Shown piece by piece: positions 61,703 through 64,000 of a stretch of DNA of 64,000 bases. Within the stretch, counting starts at the first letter, position 1, and every line of letters starts with the position of its first letter. The stretch covers positions 56,192 to 120,191 of the forward strand of contig DAOQSN010000007.1 in NCBI GenBank assembly GCA_035356615.1, read 5' to 3'. The notes under the pieces were generated by a model. It saw only the letters and a program-made list of their open reading frames with translations, was not told where the DNA came from and made no database searches. The DNA comes from Phycisphaerae bacterium (GTDB lineage Bacteria; Planctomycetota; Phycisphaerae; UBA1845). Both the position numbers and the translations under genes were made by a program.

Positions 61703-61730
61703 TTGCATTCCCCACCCCGCGTGCTCTAAT
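61703..61730 (+). promoter_or_regulatory. candidate sigma70-like promoter for the cytochrome c gene
   Basis: TTGCAT, a 16-nt spacer, then TCTAAT, about 60 nt upstream of the ATG at 61792. Weak evidence only. Confidence 0.25.
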
Positions 61731-61791
61731 GAGCGCCTTGTCCGAACGACAGAACCTGGGTGCATGCAGTTTCAAACGGAGGATCATCGCT

Positions 61792-62472
61792 ATGACACGC
61801 TCATGGATGTTCAGCAGTTGCGTATTGGCCCTGATGGTGGCGGCGGCCGGAGTCGCCTGGCTCGCCACCGGGCAGCCGGCGCAGGCCCAGTCGGCCGCCG
61901 GCCTGACCGTCGCGGTCCTGGCCAACGCGCCGACGGTCGAAGAGGACAAGTACGGCTACGTCGGCAGCGGCAAGTGCAAGATGTGCCACATGGAGGCCTA
62001 CAAGTCCTGGGAGGAGACCAAGCACGCCAAGGCCTTCGATCTGCTGAAGCCCGACCAGGCCGCCGAAGCCAAGGCCAAGCACAACCTTGACCCGAAGAAG
62101 GACTATACGAAGGACGAGGCCTGCCTCGATTGCCACACCGTTGGTTTCAAGCACAAGGACGGCTTCGCGATCGTGGAGGATCCCGCGAAGGCAGAGAAGA
62201 TCGTCAAGAACCTCGGCGCCGTCGGCTGCGAGAACTGCCACGGCCCCGGCAGCGAGTACACCGAGTACCACAAGCAGATCAAGAAGGACAAGAGCACCTA
62301 CACTTGGGACCAGATGGCCGAGAAGGGCATGGTGAAGATCGACCAGGACCTGTGCAACAAGTGCCACAACGACAAGAGCCCGACCTACGAAGAAGGCAAG
62401 GCAGTGAAACTCGATCCGGAAGCCCGAGAGGGCATCCACGCCAAGACTGAGCTGAAGCAGCTCCAGAAGTAG
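61792..62472 (+). CDS. secreted tetraheme c-type cytochrome
   Basis: Four CxxCH motifs (CKMCH, CLDCH, CENCH, CNKCH). Signal peptide MTRSWMFSSCVLALMVAAAGVAWLATGQPAQA. GGAGG lies 9 nt upstream. Confidence 0.85.
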   Translation: MTRSWMFSSCVLALMVAAAGVAWLATGQPAQAQSAAGLTVAVLANAPTVEEDKYGYVGSGKCKMCHMEAYKSWEETKHAKAFDLLKPDQAAEAKAKHNLDPKKDYTKDEACLDCHTVGFKHKDGFAIVEDPAKAEKIVKNLGAVGCENCHGPGSEYTEYHKQIKKDKSTYTWDQMAEKGMVKIDQDLCNKCHNDKSPTYEEGKAVKLDPEAREGIHAKTELKQLQK

Positions 62473-63149
62473 GCCCGGCTGGGGTTACCAGCCAAGGTCC
62501 CATCGACCACGGTGTCATCGGCCTTCCCGGGTCCCGGCCCCGCCTCTCGCGGCCGCCGGGACCCTTCGTCTGCGACCTGTCCCGCCGCCCCGCGGCAGAG
62601 GCGAAACGCGAAGCGGGGACGCGCACAGAAACACGAACCGGCCGCCAATACCGCCAGCCGCGCCAGCCAGCCGACCCCGGCCGGGTCTACCTCGGCGGCC
62701 GAGGATCGGCACGCGGCCAGCATCTGCCGCACGCGCTCGCGCTGCGCCTGCCGGTGCTTCCGATGCTCGGCCATCTTCTCCCGGAAGTACGCCGCATCGA
62801 ACACGAGGCCGTCGAACAGGAACCGCGACACGATCTCCGCCTGGCAGCGGCGGCACTCGTACCGGCGGACGCGCAGGCGCGGCCGGCCGCCACAGGCGTC
62901 ACAGGTCTGGAAGGCCACCGTCGGGTCGAACGTCCTCCCGCACGCCAGGCACCGGCAGGCCCCGTCACGGACCATCACGAGACCTCCCCCGCAGGTCGGG
63001 CAGGCATGCCCGGCCAGCATGACTTCGTGACAGAACGCCCGCACCCTCGCGACCAGCCCGGCCACTGCCTCGGCCAGCAGGAACGCCAGCCGAGTGATGT
63101 CCGGCCCGGCCGGCGCCTTACAGGACGACATCGACATCGGCGTCAGCAT
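62385..63149 (-). CDS. hypothetical multi-zinc-ribbon protein
   Basis: CPTCGG...CRCLACG...CDACGG...CRRCQ with high GC3 in that region. The C-terminal ~110 aa look non-protein-like and overlap the cytochrome gene by 88 nt. Start is ATG at 63149, 63137 or 63131. Confidence 0.45.
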   Translation of the reverse strand: MLTPMSMSSCKAPAGPDITRLAFLLAEAVAGLVARVRAFCHEVMLAGHACPTCGGGLVMVRDGACRCLACGRTFDPTVAFQTCDACGGRPRLRVRRYECRRCQAEIVSRFLFDGLVFDAAYFREKMAEHRKHRQAQRERVRQMLAACRSSAAEVDPAGVGWLARLAVLAAGSCFCARPRFAFRLCRGAAGQVADEGSRRPREAGPGPGKADDTVVDGTLAGNPSRAYFWSCFSSVLAWMPSRASGSSFTALPSS

Positions 63150-63381
63150 CACCGTGCGACGCGGCCTCCTCCTGTGCGCCGGGGCAAGCCGTGCCGCCGG
63201 CTTGATTCGGTCCGGCCGCTGGCTTCCCTGGACGCTGGTGTTTAGGCGTGAACTTCCGGCCACACGCCTTGCAGCGCCGCAGGCGGCGCACCCCCAGCCC
63301 TTTCGTTGATCGCGTCCCCTTCGAGACTGTTCGCTGGCTCTTGCAGTACGGACACTTATAAGGGCGTCCCACGAGCATCAC
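63118..63381 (-). CDS. small zinc-ribbon protein (IS1 InsA / IS1595-type transposase zinc-ribbon-like architecture)
   Basis: YKCPYCKSQRTVSKGTRSTKGLGVRRLRRCKACGRKFTP followed by an acidic tail. Overlaps the next ORF by about 30 nt in another frame. Confidence 0.5.
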   Translation of the reverse strand: MMLVGRPYKCPYCKSQRTVSKGTRSTKGLGVRRLRRCKACGRKFTPKHQRPGKPAAGPNQAGGTACPGAQEEAASHGDADADVDVVL

Positions 63382-63466
63382 CTCGCGAGACCCGCGCGGG
63401 CCTCACGTATAAAAGACTTCTTCACCACGCAGCCGTGGCATGCGCCGCGTGCAGATCGTTTGCCTC

Positions 63467-63519
63467 GGGGAGGGGGGATGGGGGTGCGGGGGCTGGGGGA
63501 GGGGTACGGCGGGGTGGGG
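63467..63519 (+). other. G-run tract (eight runs of 4-6 G in 53 nt), potential G-quadruplex
   Basis: GGGGAGGGGGGATGGGGGTGCGGGGGCTGGGGGAGGGGTACGGCGGGGTGGGG. Confidence 0.8.
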
Positions 63520-63521
63520 TA

Positions 63522-63740
63522 GAGTATGCGGAGTTAATGCGTCAGCGCCTTTCCCGCTGCTGCTATGCTCATTCGCCTCCCCTCCCGGACCCTCCCCTCT
63601 CTTCTTCTCTTTCTTTTCCATATAGAAGGCATACATACACCTGGGCAGCCGTTGGCCGGAACCACGCGCGAGTGACAACAGCCATCCCAATGAGCTCTGC
63701 CGGTGGCTGCGAGCGTTCCACGCGTAAACTCCGCATACAC
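63522..63740. mobile_element. 219-bp MITE-like element with 20-bp imperfect terminal inverted repeats, flanked by TA on both sides
   Basis: GAGTATGCGGAGTTAATGCG at 63522-63541 matches the reverse complement of 63721-63740 (GTGTATGCGGAGTTTACGCG) at 17 of 20 positions. TA at 63520-21 and 63741-42. The interior is visibly lower in GC and has a 44-nt pyrimidine tract (63576-63619). Confidence 0.45.
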
Positions 63741-63808
63741 TAGGCCAGAATGGTCAGCAGCACGGGCGTGAGCGGGACAGCCTGCACCGGCGCGCAGCGC
63801 GCGGCGCC

Positions 63809-64000
63809 TTACTCCCCAAACCGCAGGCGGCAGATCTGCTCCACGATCGGCTGGTCGAAGTTCAGCAGGACGCGGTTCGTGAACGTCCGCCCGACTTTGG
63901 TCGCGACCAGGGCAACCTGCCCGACACGCCGATCAACCGCGTGGATGAGTGGCTGCCCGACGAATGGAAGAGAAGAACCAGCGTACCCACCCCCTGAGCG
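63809..64000 (-). CDS. 3' end of an unidentified CDS (5' part outside the window)
   Basis: The reverse frame is open from the window edge to the TAA at 63811-63809, ending ...VALVATKVGRTFTNRVLLNFDQPIVEQICRLRFGE. GC3 is high. Confidence 0.4.
   Translation of the reverse strand, partial: RSGGGYAGSSLPFVGQPLIHAVDRRVGQVALVATKVGRTFTNRVLLNFDQPIVEQICRLRFGE

Noticed and set aside
63382-63808. Considered tmRNA, RNase P RNA, SRP RNA, a retron msr-msd or a riboswitch for the structured low-GC region upstream of the zinc-ribbon genes.
   Set aside because: None of the signature sequences I know is present: the tmRNA tRNA-like ends and tag ORF, the RNase P GAGGAAAGUCCGGGC box, or the SRP GGAA/AGCA motifs. 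There is also no adjacent reverse transcriptase. The TA-flanked inverted-repeat structure fits a MITE better.

Overview
No homology search, HMM scan or statistic was run. All calls come from reading the sequence and the supplied translations, and G+C was judged by eye. The window is a very GC-rich bacterial chromosomal segment. Most long antisense ORFs in the track are compositional artefacts, and many track ORFs carry false N-terminal extensions.

Gene content is mostly housekeeping:
- An FtsZ-less dcw peptidoglycan cluster on the minus strand (murE-murF-mraY-ftsW-murG-murC-murB-ddl-ftsQ-like), with murD displaced onto the other strand.
- gltX and glnS, psd-pssA, rmlC, and a KpsF/GutQ isomerase with a GT2 glycosyltransferase.
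- trpC, a large SNF2 helicase, a DASS transporter, NfnAB-like oxidoreductase genes, tRNA-Ser(GGA), and a tetraheme cytochrome c.

The FtsZ-less dcw cluster, a PEP-CTERM protein and an FGE-type protein suggest a Planctomycetota (Phycisphaerae-like) origin. This is inference only.

Most notable observations:
1. A co-oriented block of five tricarboxylate-acid enzymes: an IDH/IPMDH-family dehydrogenase, a fused homoaconitase-like hydro-lyase, an MmgE/PrpD protein, a CitD-CitE fusion and CitF. A DUF433/DUF5615 toxin-antitoxin pair interrupts it, and no citC/citX/citG is in view.
2. A family of about 150-nt quasi-palindromic elements. Four copies sit in short gaps inside co-oriented minus-strand gene strings, including the dcw and tricarboxylate clusters.
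3. At least four further short hairpin-repeat families. Two of them are embedded in frame inside coding sequences.
4. At the right edge, a 219-bp TA-flanked MITE-like element, an extreme G-run tract, and an overlapping pair of zinc-ribbon genes of unknown function.
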